From contig JAQXEZ010000016.1 of assembly GCA_029250605.1 (NCBI GenBank), forward strand, positions 1,743-65,742: a stretch of DNA of 64,000 bases, in the 5' to 3' direction. Source of the stretch: Candidatus Thalassarchaeaceae archaeon. GTDB lineage: Archaea > Thermoplasmatota > Poseidoniia > Poseidoniales > Thalassarchaeaceae. The position numbers and the translations under genes were made by a program. Numbering within the stretch: position 1 is the stretch's first letter; each line of letters begins with the position of its first letter. The notes beneath the pieces are model-generated. The model had not been told where the DNA came from. It ran no database searches and saw only the letters and a program-made list of their open reading frames with translations. Shown piece after piece: positions 51,594 through 61,371 of this stretch.

Positions 51594-52175
51594 TCAATCT
51601 TCAGCTCCGACCTCTTCGCCAGTCCATCTTTTTCCCAAGGAGTGCTCAATGTCTAACTGGTCCAGTATCCTTGCCACTACAAAGTCAACTAGATCCCCAA
51701 TGTCTCTAGGGGAGTGGTAGAATCCCGGACTTGCAGGAAGGATCACGACTCCCCACTCGGAGAGGTTGTACATCGCTTTCAGATGAGGGGTGGAGTAAGG
51801 GGCCTCCCTTGGAATTACGATCAGTTTCCTCCTCTCCTTCATTGCCACCAAAGCACTCCTGGTTGCAAGGTTGTCACTAATTCCGGCAGCGATTTTTCCA
51901 ATGGTTGTGCCACTGGCCGGACATATGACATACGCATCGAATCTAGCAGACCCCGATGCTGCTCTAGCAGCAAGGTTCTCATTATCTTCGAGATTCACAC
52001 CTTCTCTATCAGCCAATTCGCGAGGGGTGATGCCGCATTCAAGATCCAGATTAATGGCCCCAGTGCTAGTGACTATCAGGTTCACAGACCACTTGTGTTC
52101 GACTAGCGCTTCAATCAGCCTGACGCAGTACTGTGCTCCCGATGCCCCAGTAAGTGCGACAACGGCCTCAGGCAT
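51594..52175 (-). CDS. ubiX: Flavin prenyltransferase UbiX
   Basis: TGASGA, ASGS, KERRKL, PREAP, PASPGFY; track start 52199. Confidence 0.93.
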   Translation of the reverse strand: MPEAVVALTGASGAQYCVRLIEALVEHKWSVNLIVTSTGAINLDLECGITPRELADREGVNLEDNENLAARAASGSARFDAYVICPASGTTIGKIAAGISDNLATRSALVAMKERRKLIVIPREAPYSTPHLKAMYNLSEWGVVILPASPGFYHSPRDIGDLVDFVVARILDQLDIEHSLGKRWTGEEVGAED

Positions 52176-52216
52176 GCCATCGCGGCATACCCCCTCCATT
52201 CAATGGTTTCCCAACC

Positions 52217-53407
52217 TCACATCGACTGTTCCAGGCACTCTGCAAGGAACTCATACTCTTCGACGCTGTTGTAAAGTTGCGCTGATATTCTGATGTATCT
52301 CCTACCATGGTGCCTCCATGGGAAAACAGGGACTTGAATTCCAAACTCATCTAGAAGGTAGTTGTGATAGGGGTCGCCCTCCATTCTCATAGGCCCCACC
52401 TCTTCCTCCCCTGGCATCTCCACTGAAGCTATCGATGAGACTAATGAGTCAGGAACTGGCTCCGTGGTTCCGAGTGCCTCGCAGAGAATCTTCCTCCCCT
52501 CTAGTACCAATGACCGGTTTCTTTCCATTATCTCCGGCCAACCGCCTTCGACGAGGGCACCTAGGAAATCAATTGCTAGTGGTATGCATAGCCAAGGAGT
52601 CGGATCTTGGGTCCCCGGCCACCCAAACTCAAACTCGAACTTTTCTTGGTCTGTTCCTTCTAAGCTGGCACCGTGGCTTATGCTTAACGGCCTCACCATA
52701 TTCTTGAGATCAGACCTAATGTGGAGGAAGGCAGAACCCTTCGGAGTGCAGAGCCATTTGTGGCAATTCCCAGTGCAATAAGCAGCATCAAGATCCCTGA
52801 GATTCAGAGGAACAATGCCGGGCCCATGTGCCGCATCAAGGAGCACATCAACTCCTGATGTCTGCAACTCTAAGACGAGCCTTTCGAAGGGCATCCTCAG
52901 ACCTGTGGCGCTAGTCACGGTATCCACCATGGCTAGGACTGTTCGTTCGGTAACAGAACTCATCATCAGGTCTACGATTTCATCCTCTTCCTTTACTCTG
53001 AATGGAACTTCTACAACCACTGTCTTCGCACCCGCTCTTTCTGTAACGAAGTCGACAGCATTCCAACATGCCTGGTAGCTGTGGTTGGTGACTAGTATCT
53101 CATCACCGGGATTTAGGACAAGGCTTCTGAGTACCGTGTTCACACCTTCTGTGGTATTCTTCACGAATGCCATCCCCTCTGGATCCGCATTCATGAATTC
53201 TGCAAGTTTATTTATCGAGGAATTGATCATAGGGATGTATTCTCTTTCAAAGAACCTGACCGGGTCACTCTCGATGGTTTCCCTAAGCCTACTTTGCTCT
53301 TCAAGAACTGCAATGGGTGTTGCTCCGAAGGAGCCATGATTCAGAAAACAGGTTTCTTTGGAGAGCATCCAGTGCTCAGCCAAATCACTTCTCGGGGGCC
53401 TGTTCAC
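52217..53407 (-). CDS. Class V PLP enzyme (isopenicillin-N epimerase / Egt2 / cysteine desulfhydrase-like)
   Basis: LNHGSFGATP, DAAHGPG, GNCHKWL, RISAQLYN; GTG 53407 overlaps the lipB stop (GTGA). Confidence 0.85.
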   Translation of the reverse strand: MNRPPRSDLAEHWMLSKETCFLNHGSFGATPIAVLEEQSRLRETIESDPVRFFEREYIPMINSSINKLAEFMNADPEGMAFVKNTTEGVNTVLRSLVLNPGDEILVTNHSYQACWNAVDFVTERAGAKTVVVEVPFRVKEEDEIVDLMMSSVTERTVLAMVDTVTSATGLRMPFERLVLELQTSGVDVLLDAAHGPGIVPLNLRDLDAAYCTGNCHKWLCTPKGSAFLHIRSDLKNMVRPLSISHGASLEGTDQEKFEFEFGWPGTQDPTPWLCIPLAIDFLGALVEGGWPEIMERNRSLVLEGRKILCEALGTTEPVPDSLVSSIASVEMPGEEEVGPMRMEGDPYHNYLLDEFGIQVPVFPWRHHGRRYIRISAQLYNSVEEYEFLAECLEQSM

Positions 53408-54078
53408 ACCAGCATCTCCGGACTCCAATCCACAGGGTTATTCGGTACCCTGCCGAGATTTTCCTCGCAAGTCAGTATCAGGTTCTCCTCAACTCTCTCG
53501 AAGTTAATTGTAAGCCCCCGGTCGTCTTTCTTATACCCCAGTTTCGAAAGGCTGGTGTGAGTGCCTGCGGGAATGCCACAGCATTCCAAATCCTGCACTC
53601 TGGAACCGGGGGTGTCTATGTTGATCGACATCCCATGGCGACTAACCCAATGGAGGAATGATAGCCCGATTGAGCAAATCTTGTGCCCATCGACCCATGC
53701 CCCTTGCATCGCATCATCCCTGTACGCGGAAACCCCGCATTCGGCAAGGGCCGCAATCGCCCAAGATTCTAGCCTCCCAATTATCCCTCTGATGCTTTGA
53801 TCCCCGACTTCCCACTTTACAATCGGATATACGACAAGTTGACCCGGTCCATGCCAAGTAATACCCCCGCCTCTGTCGGTGAGACAAGTTGGATACCCAT
53901 CTACGACGACATTATCACGGACTGCCTTGGGCCCAATCGTCACTATCTCTGGGTGCTGTACGAAGATCAAGGTGTCACCAACCTCGTCTGCAATCCTCCT
54001 TTTCTGGAGACCCTTCATTGACTCAGCCATTACTTGATAATCTACTATCCCGCACCTTAGTACGTCGATTCCGCCCAT
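53404..54078 (-). CDS. lipB: Lipoyl(octanoyl) transferase
   Basis: QHPEIVTIG, DRGGGITWHGPGQLVVYP, KICSIG, HGMSIN, CCG; start 54078 or 54090. Confidence 0.92.
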   Translation of the reverse strand: MGGIDVLRCGIVDYQVMAESMKGLQKRRIADEVGDTLIFVQHPEIVTIGPKAVRDNVVVDGYPTCLTDRGGGITWHGPGQLVVYPIVKWEVGDQSIRGIIGRLESWAIAALAECGVSAYRDDAMQGAWVDGHKICSIGLSFLHWVSRHGMSINIDTPGSRVQDLECCGIPAGTHTSLSKLGYKKDDRGLTINFERVEENLILTCEENLGRVPNNPVDWSPEMLV

Positions 54079-54086
54079 TCGACCCC

Positions 54087-55523
54087 TCAATTAATGTGGA
54101 TGGCATGCCCTAGGGTCTTGAGCACGCTCTCGTGGAATGCCTCGGACATGGTTGGATGGGCATGCACAGTCCCTGCCACGTCCTCAAGCAACGCTCCCAT
54201 TTCCAGGGCCAACACGAACTCCGCGTGCAACTCTGCCACGTGGCTGCCCACTGCTTGAACTCCTAGGATAACGTGATCTGACTCTCTGGCTGTCACTCGG
54301 ATGAAACCCCCTGTCTTCTCAGCCTCTAGGCTCAATGCTCTCCCGTTTGCAGCAAGCGGGAACTTGCCGACAATGATTTCCTCGCCCCTTTCTTTGGCTT
54401 CATCAGGAGTAAGGCCGACAGACACTATCTCAGGTTCCGTAAAGACGATTGCGGGGATGGCTACCTTGTCGAATTCTCGTTTATGACCAGCGATAATCTC
54501 CGCCACCATCTCCCCTTCTGCACTAGCCTTGTGTGCAAGCATCGGCTCTCCTGCGACGTCCCCAATTGCGAATACCCCCGGAACCGATGTTCTACATTTC
54601 CTATCGATTCTTATGAAACGCCCCGAACCATCCATCCTAACCCCGGTGTTTTCTAACCCCCATCCTTTGGTATTGGGCTTCCTTCCCACCGTGACTAGAA
54701 CCTTGTCCACCTTCACCTTGTGCTCAGTTCCATCTTTCTCAAATGTCAATTCGACCTTTTTCGATGCTCCCTTGCCCTTGATTTCGACACCTCTGGCCAG
54801 TGAATCGGTGTGGACTGAAACCTTGTGCTTCTTCAGCCATAGTTCCAGTGGCCTCCTGATCTCCTTGTCCATAATCGCCAAGATGCTACTCATCCCCTCT
54901 ACGACAGTAATCTCGGAACCCAGCTTAGCGAGCGCGCACCCCAATTCGAGGCCAATATATCCTCCTCCGACAATTGCAACACTCTTCGGCAGTGATTCTA
55001 GATCCAATGCTCCGGTAGAGGATAGGACAAACTCCTCGTCACATGGCATGAATGGCAAATCTATGTGGCTAGAACCAGTAGCGATGATGACGTTCTCTGC
55101 TTCTATCTTCACACTGTCTCCACCAGTATCGACGGTGCAACTCTTGGGGCCATCGAAACTGGCCCATCCCTTGATCAAGTCAGCTCCAGCTGCTTTGAGA
55201 AGGCCCTCCACGCCCTTGTTCAATCTATCAACAATGGAGTCCTTCCAAGATACTAGTCCCCCCATGTCAACTTCAGCATCACCTTTGACAAACAGGCCCA
55301 TGTGGCCCCCTTCAGCAGAGTGCTGGCGAAGGGACTCAAACCTCTCTGCAGCGTGGATGATTGCCTTGCTTGGAATACACCCTCTGATTAGGCAAGTTCC
55401 TCCTGCCTTGTCACCCTCCACGACAATCGTGTCAAGCCCCAGTTGTGCTGACCGTATTCCCGCCACGTATCCTCCCGGACCAGCTCCAATTACCAAGACC
55501 TGGCACTTGCGTGATTCTGCCAT
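54087..55523 (-). CDS. lpdA: Dihydrolipoyl dehydrogenase (E3)
   Basis: GAGPGGY, GGTCLIRGCIPSK, GGGYIG, HAHPTMSE. Confidence 0.97.
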   Translation of the reverse strand: MAESRKCQVLVIGAGPGGYVAGIRSAQLGLDTIVVEGDKAGGTCLIRGCIPSKAIIHAAERFESLRQHSAEGGHMGLFVKGDAEVDMGGLVSWKDSIVDRLNKGVEGLLKAAGADLIKGWASFDGPKSCTVDTGGDSVKIEAENVIIATGSSHIDLPFMPCDEEFVLSSTGALDLESLPKSVAIVGGGYIGLELGCALAKLGSEITVVEGMSSILAIMDKEIRRPLELWLKKHKVSVHTDSLARGVEIKGKGASKKVELTFEKDGTEHKVKVDKVLVTVGRKPNTKGWGLENTGVRMDGSGRFIRIDRKCRTSVPGVFAIGDVAGEPMLAHKASAEGEMVAEIIAGHKREFDKVAIPAIVFTEPEIVSVGLTPDEAKERGEEIIVGKFPLAANGRALSLEAEKTGGFIRVTARESDHVILGVQAVGSHVAELHAEFVLALEMGALLEDVAGTVHAHPTMSEAFHESVLKTLGHAIHIN

Positions 55524-55532
55524 CTGAGTACC

Positions 55533-56765
55533 TCACATGAAAACGAGTGCTGGATTTTCCAGCATTCTCTTGAGGTGCTGAATCAGGGAAGCCCCGTCCG
55601 CCCCATCGACCACACGATGGTCAAATGCGCTTGAGAGATTCATAATCCTCCTAACAACTATCTCCCCACCCCTGACAACAGGCATCTCTCTGGCCTTGTG
55701 TACGCCGAGGATAGAGACCTCTGGATGATTGATTATCGGAGTAGCTCCCAAGCCACCCTCGCGCCCCAGGCTTGTGATTGTGAAAGTGGATCCGGTAAGC
55801 TCGTCTAGACTGGCACTCCCATCTCTCGCAGATCCGGATACTCTCTGCATTTCTGATGCAGCGCGCCAGATATCCATAGCCTCAACATGTTTTACCACAG
55901 GGACATACAAGCCACGCTCAGTCTGGGTCGCGATTCCCAGGTTCACTGCTCCCTGCCTGTTAACAACGCCACCCTCGTCATCGAAGTGTGCATTGCATTC
56001 GGGATGTTCAGGCATAATCTTCGCGAGAGCCAGCATGATGAATGGCAGGTAGGTCAATTTCGGTTGCGCCTCATCCTTTGTCGAGTTGAGAACCCGCCTC
56101 AAAGACTCTAGCTCAGTAATGTCGACCTCTTCGAAATATGAGAAGTGCGGAATCCTGCTCTTTGAGAGGCTCATTTGCTCAGAGATCTTTCGCCTCAGTC
56201 CTACAACCTTCACTGGTGTGATTTCAGTCCTCTTAACTGAGTAGGCCATAGGCGGGGCGCCCGAAATTGCTCCACCGGCGGCTATGAATGCATCCAAATC
56301 AGCATGCCTGATTCTTCCAGCCGGGCCCGACCCTCTAACGGTTGACAGGTCCACGTCGTTCTCTCTTGCACGCTTCCTAACTGCAGGACTCGCCAGGACT
56401 CGTCCGGTTGACGGTTGAGATGGAACCTTGGGAGCAGGGGCCGGAGCGGGAGCAGGGGCCGGAGAGGTATCCGATGTGCCGCCATCACTGTCGGCCACTT
56501 CCTCTTCACTTGCTGATTCTTCCCCCCCGGTGTCGATCTCGAGTAGAGTTGTCCCGACTCCAATCATGTCGCCAACTCCTCCACTTAGGGAATCGACTAC
56601 TCCGCTCTTCGGGGATGGAATTGTCACGGTTGCCTTGTCAGTCATCACATCGACAATAGGATCGTCCTCGGAGACCGAATCGCCAACCGAGACGTGCCAT
56701 TGAACTACCTCCCCTTCTACTACTCCCTCTCCGATATCGGGCAACTTAAACACGAAATTTCCCAT
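55533..56765 (-). CDS. bkdB: Dihydrolipoamide acyltransferase (E2) of branched-chain 2-oxoacid dehydrogenase
   Basis: Lipoyl domain MTDKAT, ASPAVR subunit-binding domain, DHRVVDG. Confidence 0.92.
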   Translation of the reverse strand: MGNFVFKLPDIGEGVVEGEVVQWHVSVGDSVSEDDPIVDVMTDKATVTIPSPKSGVVDSLSGGVGDMIGVGTTLLEIDTGGEESASEEEVADSDGGTSDTSPAPAPAPAPAPKVPSQPSTGRVLASPAVRKRARENDVDLSTVRGSGPAGRIRHADLDAFIAAGGAISGAPPMAYSVKRTEITPVKVVGLRRKISEQMSLSKSRIPHFSYFEEVDITELESLRRVLNSTKDEAQPKLTYLPFIMLALAKIMPEHPECNAHFDDEGGVVNRQGAVNLGIATQTERGLYVPVVKHVEAMDIWRAASEMQRVSGSARDGSASLDELTGSTFTITSLGREGGLGATPIINHPEVSILGVHKAREMPVVRGGEIVVRRIMNLSSAFDHRVVDGADGASLIQHLKRMLENPALVFM

Positions 56766-56766
56766 C

Positions 56767-57777
56767 TTACTCCTCCTGTGTTTTCAATATCGCCGTTGCG
56801 ATTCTAGATGGTCCGGGCATGTAATCCCATTCAGTAGTATGGGGGAATGGAGTGTCCCATCCAGTGACCCTTTCGATGGGCACCTCAAGGTGGTAGAAGC
56901 ACCTCTCCTGTATCGAAGCCGCCATTTCCGCGCCGAAACCACTGGTCTTAGGAGCTTCATGGACAATCACACACCTGCCCGTCTTCTCGACCGAACTTAC
57001 GATCGCCCCCCTGTCCCAAGGAATCAGAGTTTGCAGGTCAATTAGATCGCATGATACCCCGCTGTCACTGATTGCTTGCTCGCAAACATGGACCATGGCG
57101 CCCCATGAGATTACTGTGCAATCGCTTCCTTGTTGTGCCAACCTCGCCTCGCCAAGGGGGATTCTGTATTGGCTCTCGGGAACTTCGGCCTCTGGATGAT
57201 CAGCCCATGTAGGTACGTTGTGGGGGTCCCCGTAGAATGGCCCTCGATAACACCTCTTCGGCTCGAAGAAAACGACAGGATCATTGCACTCAATTGCACT
57301 AATCAGTAGACCCTTTGCATTGTAAGGGGTTGAGCAGTAAACCACCTTTAGTCCGGGCGTATGGGTGAATTGAGACTCTGGGGACTGTGAATGGTGGTGC
57401 CCGCCCCTAATGCCACCACCTGCTGGGGTTCTAAGTGTGACAGGGGACCAGAACTCCCCTCCCGACCTGTGCCTTATCTTGGCCATCTCGTTCACAATCT
57501 GATCATAAGCCGGGAAGATGTAGTCAGCAAACTGAATTTCCACCACTGGCCTGAGTCCATTTAATCCCATTCCAAACGCGGTTGCAGCAATGCCCCCTTC
57601 CGAAAGAGGCGAGTCGAAAACACGATGATCCCCATGCTTCTCTTGCAACCCGTCAGTTGTTCTGAATACCCCTCCAAAGTACCCGACGTCTTCCCCGAAG
57701 ATGATTACATTAGGATCGCTATCCAGCATATTGTCGAGAGCGCTGTTTAGTGACTGAATCATATTCATGTTTGCCAT
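56767..57777 (-). CDS. bkdA2: 2-oxoisovalerate dehydrogenase E1 beta
   Basis: GEDVGYFGGVFR, EIQFADY, HSQSPE, EPKRCYRGPF. Confidence 0.92.
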   Translation of the reverse strand: MANMNMIQSLNSALDNMLDSDPNVIIFGEDVGYFGGVFRTTDGLQEKHGDHRVFDSPLSEGGIAATAFGMGLNGLRPVVEIQFADYIFPAYDQIVNEMAKIRHRSGGEFWSPVTLRTPAGGGIRGGHHHSQSPESQFTHTPGLKVVYCSTPYNAKGLLISAIECNDPVVFFEPKRCYRGPFYGDPHNVPTWADHPEAEVPESQYRIPLGEARLAQQGSDCTVISWGAMVHVCEQAISDSGVSCDLIDLQTLIPWDRGAIVSSVEKTGRCVIVHEAPKTSGFGAEMAASIQERCFYHLEVPIERVTGWDTPFPHTTEWDYMPGPSRIATAILKTQEE

Positions 57778-57779
57778 AT

Positions 57780-59015
57780 TCAGCCTCCCATCATCTCATC
57801 ATGCTGCTCTCTCAGGTGCCAAGGCATTTCTTCGTACACCTCTGTGAAAATAGTTTCCGCAGAGGGATATGGTCCGTTTGCCAGATCTCCGAATTTTACC
57901 GCCTCCTTGTAAGCATCAATAACCTCTGAATCGATCCTTTCCTCCAGTTCTTTGTGCCGCCCCTCACTCCACTCTCCCAATTTTATCAGGTGTCCTTTCA
58001 GCCTATCCACAGGATCGCCACCAGGCCACTTCGTATGCTCTTCCTTGGGCCTATATCTGCTTGGATCGTCACTGCTGCTGTGTGCTCCCGTTCTGTAAGT
58101 TAGAACCTCTATGTGAGTGGCCCCAGAACCTGCAGCAGCTCTCTCTCGTGCCCACTTGGTTACTGAATATAGCGCTAGGAAATCGTTTCCGTCTACTCTA
58201 ATAGAAGCAAGCCCGAAAGGGATACCCCTCGACGCGAAATCCCCCATCCCAGAAGCGAAGTTGGAATGAGTCGAAATTGCCCATTGGTTGTTTACTACAT
58301 TCAGAATTACAGGGGCCTTGAAAACACTTGCGAAGTTTAACGCATAGTGATAATCCCCCTCAGCGCTCGCCCCATCCCCTATCCAGGTAATCGTCACCTC
58401 ATCCAGTCCTTTGTACCTTGATGCCAACCCCACCCCTACGGCCTGGCTGAACTGTGTTCCAACAGGGCTGGAAACAGAAATGAACCGTCCCTCACGATAC
58501 GAATAGTGTACTGGCATCTGCCTGCCCTTGATGTTGTCTTCTACGTTTCCAATGCAGTGGCAGATCATGCTAACCATCCCCCTGCCTCTGACGAATTGAG
58601 CTCCCGGCTGCCTGTAAGTTGGAAAAATCCAGTCTTGCTCCTCCAAAGCCATTGTTTGGGCGATAGCAACTGCCTCCTCTCCCAATGAACGCATGTAGAA
58701 TGACAGCAAACCAGTCCTCTGCATTTTCATCATCCTATCGTCGAAGATCCTCAATCTGACCATGTGTTCCAAGCCGGTTCGGAGTTTATCTGCAGAGAGT
58801 AATGGGTCCCATTCCCCAGAGGCATTTCCATCGTCATCAAGGACCCTGACTAGGCCCTTTGCTAGTTCCACTGTATCTTGGAAATGGCAATTCTTGGGGT
58901 CGGGCATCGAGTAATCGCCAGGTTTCCATGGCCAGTTTTCGAAACTCGATTCCTCCCCTGGCCTAAATGGGGCGTCTGGAACGTGGATTTTCCCACCAGT
59001 GTCCTTAGTGGTCAT
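57780..59015 (-). CDS. bkdA1: 2-oxoisovalerate dehydrogenase E1 alpha
   Basis: FYMRSLGEEA, GRQMPVHY, TPP motif GDG...NN, HSSSDDPSRYR. Confidence 0.92.
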   Translation of the reverse strand: MTTKDTGGKIHVPDAPFRPGEESSFENWPWKPGDYSMPDPKNCHFQDTVELAKGLVRVLDDDGNASGEWDPLLSADKLRTGLEHMVRLRIFDDRMMKMQRTGLLSFYMRSLGEEAVAIAQTMALEEQDWIFPTYRQPGAQFVRGRGMVSMICHCIGNVEDNIKGRQMPVHYSYREGRFISVSSPVGTQFSQAVGVGLASRYKGLDEVTITWIGDGASAEGDYHYALNFASVFKAPVILNVVNNQWAISTHSNFASGMGDFASRGIPFGLASIRVDGNDFLALYSVTKWARERAAAGSGATHIEVLTYRTGAHSSSDDPSRYRPKEEHTKWPGGDPVDRLKGHLIKLGEWSEGRHKELEERIDSEVIDAYKEAVKFGDLANGPYPSAETIFTEVYEEMPWHLREQHDEMMGG

Positions 59016-59031
59016 GTTTCACTCCCCCTTA

Positions 59032-60099
59032 TCATGAATTATCAACCTCTGCAACAACCAATCTCTTCTGTGACAGGACGTGACTAACCGCAGAACCCGT
59101 AGAGTCTCGTGTGACCACCGGCTCGCCACCCATTGCTTCCTCCCAGAGAAGTCCTGCTCTGTAGCTAGACCTAACCAGAGGTCCGCTAGCCACAGCACTG
59201 AAACCAAGATCCCTGGCGAGGCCATCCCAGTCTGCAAACCTGTCTGGCTCGGGAAACCTGTCTACTGGGAGGTGCCTGAAACTAGGCTGCAGATACTGAC
59301 CTAGAGTAATCATGTCTACTCCAGCCTCACGAATCATCCCCATTGCCTCTTCGATCTCTTCATCCGTTTCTCCTAGTCCGACCATCAGGCTAGTCTTCGT
59401 AAGCAGGTCTGGGCGGATTTGCTTTGCTTTCCTGAGAATTTCTAGAGATTGTGCGAAGGAGGCCCTTTGATCTCGAACTATTTTGTCTAGACGAGGCACG
59501 CACTCGACATTGTGTGCGAAAACCTTCAGAGGTAGACCATCCAGCATTTCCTCGAGTGCGTCGAGATTTCCGTCTAGATCCGAACAAAGCAATTCCACAC
59601 CAACATCTGGATTCTTGTTGGAAACCTCTACGATGCAGTCTCTGTAGTGCATTGCTCCTCCGTCTTGAAGGTCATCCCTGTTTACAACAGTAATTACTGC
59701 ATAGCTAAGACCCATTCTGAGAACTGCATCGGCCAACTCTTGGGGCTCTTCCGCATTTAGTTCTGGAGGAGTCTTAACAGTCCCGACCGCGCAGAATCTA
59801 CAACCTCTAGTGCAAACTTCACCCGCCACCATGAAGGTCGCAGTTCCTCGGCCCCAGCAGTCGTGAACGTTCGGGCATCGGGCCTCCTCGCAGACGGTAT
59901 TCAATCCATGAGCCACCACATTGCCCTTGGTGGCATTGTATCTCGACTGAGATTGACCAGTCGGCAGAGAAGTCTTGAACCATGGGGGGAGCCTCTTCCT
60001 CATGTTTTTCCTTTTTTCCAGGGGGCTAATCTCACTGGTGCTGCCACAACCTCCGGACGACTCTACTTCGGAATCGATGATTGGCAACCGCCCCTCCAT
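59032..60099 (-). CDS. lipA: Lipoyl synthase
   Basis: CEEARCPNVHDC, CTRGCRFC, PLVRSSY; track start 60126. Confidence 0.96.
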   Translation of the reverse strand: MEGRLPIIDSEVESSGGCGSTSEISPLEKRKNMRKRLPPWFKTSLPTGQSQSRYNATKGNVVAHGLNTVCEEARCPNVHDCWGRGTATFMVAGEVCTRGCRFCAVGTVKTPPELNAEEPQELADAVLRMGLSYAVITVVNRDDLQDGGAMHYRDCIVEVSNKNPDVGVELLCSDLDGNLDALEEMLDGLPLKVFAHNVECVPRLDKIVRDQRASFAQSLEILRKAKQIRPDLLTKTSLMVGLGETDEEIEEAMGMIREAGVDMITLGQYLQPSFRHLPVDRFPEPDRFADWDGLARDLGFSAVASGPLVRSSYRAGLLWEEAMGGEPVVTRDSTGSAVSHVLSQKRLVVAEVDNS

Positions 60100-60196
60100 C
60101 GTTATCAGCGGATAGAAGAACGACATTAACCGTTCTCATTGTGAAGTCCCACTTCTTGTGAGCAATCGGTAAAGTGTGTGGTCCCCTGCGGAGTGT

Positions 60197-60946
60197 ATGC
60201 GCGGGACGGTATTGGTTACTGGGGGGGCCAAAAGGATAGGCCGAGAAATCTGTCTGAGGCTTTCAGAAGAGGGATTCTCAATCGCCATCCACTACAGAAC
60301 TTCCGAACAAGAGGCGAACCAACTGGTTGGGGATATCGAGTCCAATGGTGGAAAGGCCAAGTCTCTACAATGCGATCTAAATGATTCTGATTCTGTGAGG
60401 GGATTAATTCACAAGGCAAACGAATCACTTGGCACTGTAGTGGGAGTTGTAAACAACGCCTCCTTCTTCTCTTTCGACAGGATTGAAAGCCTCTCAGAAG
60501 AACTGTGGACAGAACACATGAGGGTAAACGTATTTGCCCCGCTTGTCCTAATCGCCGAGTTGTCAAAGTCTCACCAAGAAGCCTCATGGGTCGTGAACGT
60601 TTTGGATTTCAAGGTCGAATCACCAAATGCAGATTATCTCTCATATACGGGTTCAAGATTCGCAATGTACGGATTGACCTCCGCACTTGCAATTGATCTC
60701 GCCCCAAGAATCAGAGTTAACTCGGTTGCACCAGGGCACGTTCTAACCAGTGACGTTCTAGATGCAGATTCGCTCAAGGTAGTGCAGGCCCAATCCCCAC
60801 TTGGTTTCGGACCTTCTGCAAATGACGTGTCCGGAGCAGTATTCTTCCTGGCGAACTCCCCTTCAATCACAGGTCAAACCATCTTCGTTGACTCGGGCGA
60901 GCGCTTTAGACAGATGGAAAAGGATCCGGCATTTGACAAGGAGTGA
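60197..60946 (+). CDS. SDR, pteridine reductase (PTR1/FolM)-like
   Basis: TGGAKRIG, IHYRTS, VNNAS, YTGSR, VNSVAPG; GTGA overlap with folB. Confidence 0.8.
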   Translation: MRGTVLVTGGAKRIGREICLRLSEEGFSIAIHYRTSEQEANQLVGDIESNGGKAKSLQCDLNDSDSVRGLIHKANESLGTVVGVVNNASFFSFDRIESLSEELWTEHMRVNVFAPLVLIAELSKSHQEASWVVNVLDFKVESPNADYLSYTGSRFAMYGLTSALAIDLAPRIRVNSVAPGHVLTSDVLDADSLKVVQAQSPLGFGPSANDVSGAVFFLANSPSITGQTIFVDSGERFRQMEKDPAFDKE

Positions 60947-61371
60947 GAAAATTGACAATCACAACTCACCATCTTAGTTCCATAATCGGAAACCTCGAGT
61001 CTAATGATTGGACAACATTACGACTCGAAGACGTGGTAATGGATCTGGACATAGGTACACACGATTACGAGAAGGGGGTGAAGCAACCGGTGAGGTTCGA
61101 TATCGAAGTTTTGCTCGAGGGTGCAGACTCCCCAATCAATGACCAAATTGGAGACGTTCTAGACTACGAGTATCTCTATCGATCAATAGAAACAGCCACT
61201 TCTAAGAGGAATACCCTCATGGAGACAATTGCCTCTTCAATACTGGATTCCATACTAATTCCAGAGAATGTTGTTGCAGGAGTGGTATGCTTGACCAAGA
61301 CTTCCCCCATGGGCTTTGATGGTAAGTTTGGCTGCACTCTGGCTAGAGTAAAACGCGAATTTGAGAATTAA
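60943..61371 (+). CDS. folB: Dihydroneopterin aldolase
   Basis: IGTHDYEK...QPVRFD, VLDY, LMETIA, LTK. Confidence 0.8.
   Translation: MRKLTITTHHLSSIIGNLESNDWTTLRLEDVVMDLDIGTHDYEKGVKQPVRFDIEVLLEGADSPINDQIGDVLDYEYLYRSIETATSKRNTLMETIASSILDSILIPENVVAGVVCLTKTSPMGFDGKFGCTLARVKREFEN

Noticed and set aside
54529-55527. 332-aa ORF antisense to lpdA
   Set aside because: Codon-bias shadow ORF, Ser/Pro-rich with no motifs. The same applies to 4933-5604, 1536-2135 and 26587-27189.
56430-56464. 17-bp direct repeat in the E2 gene
   Set aside because: Encodes the ordinary Pro-Ala linker of E2 subunits.
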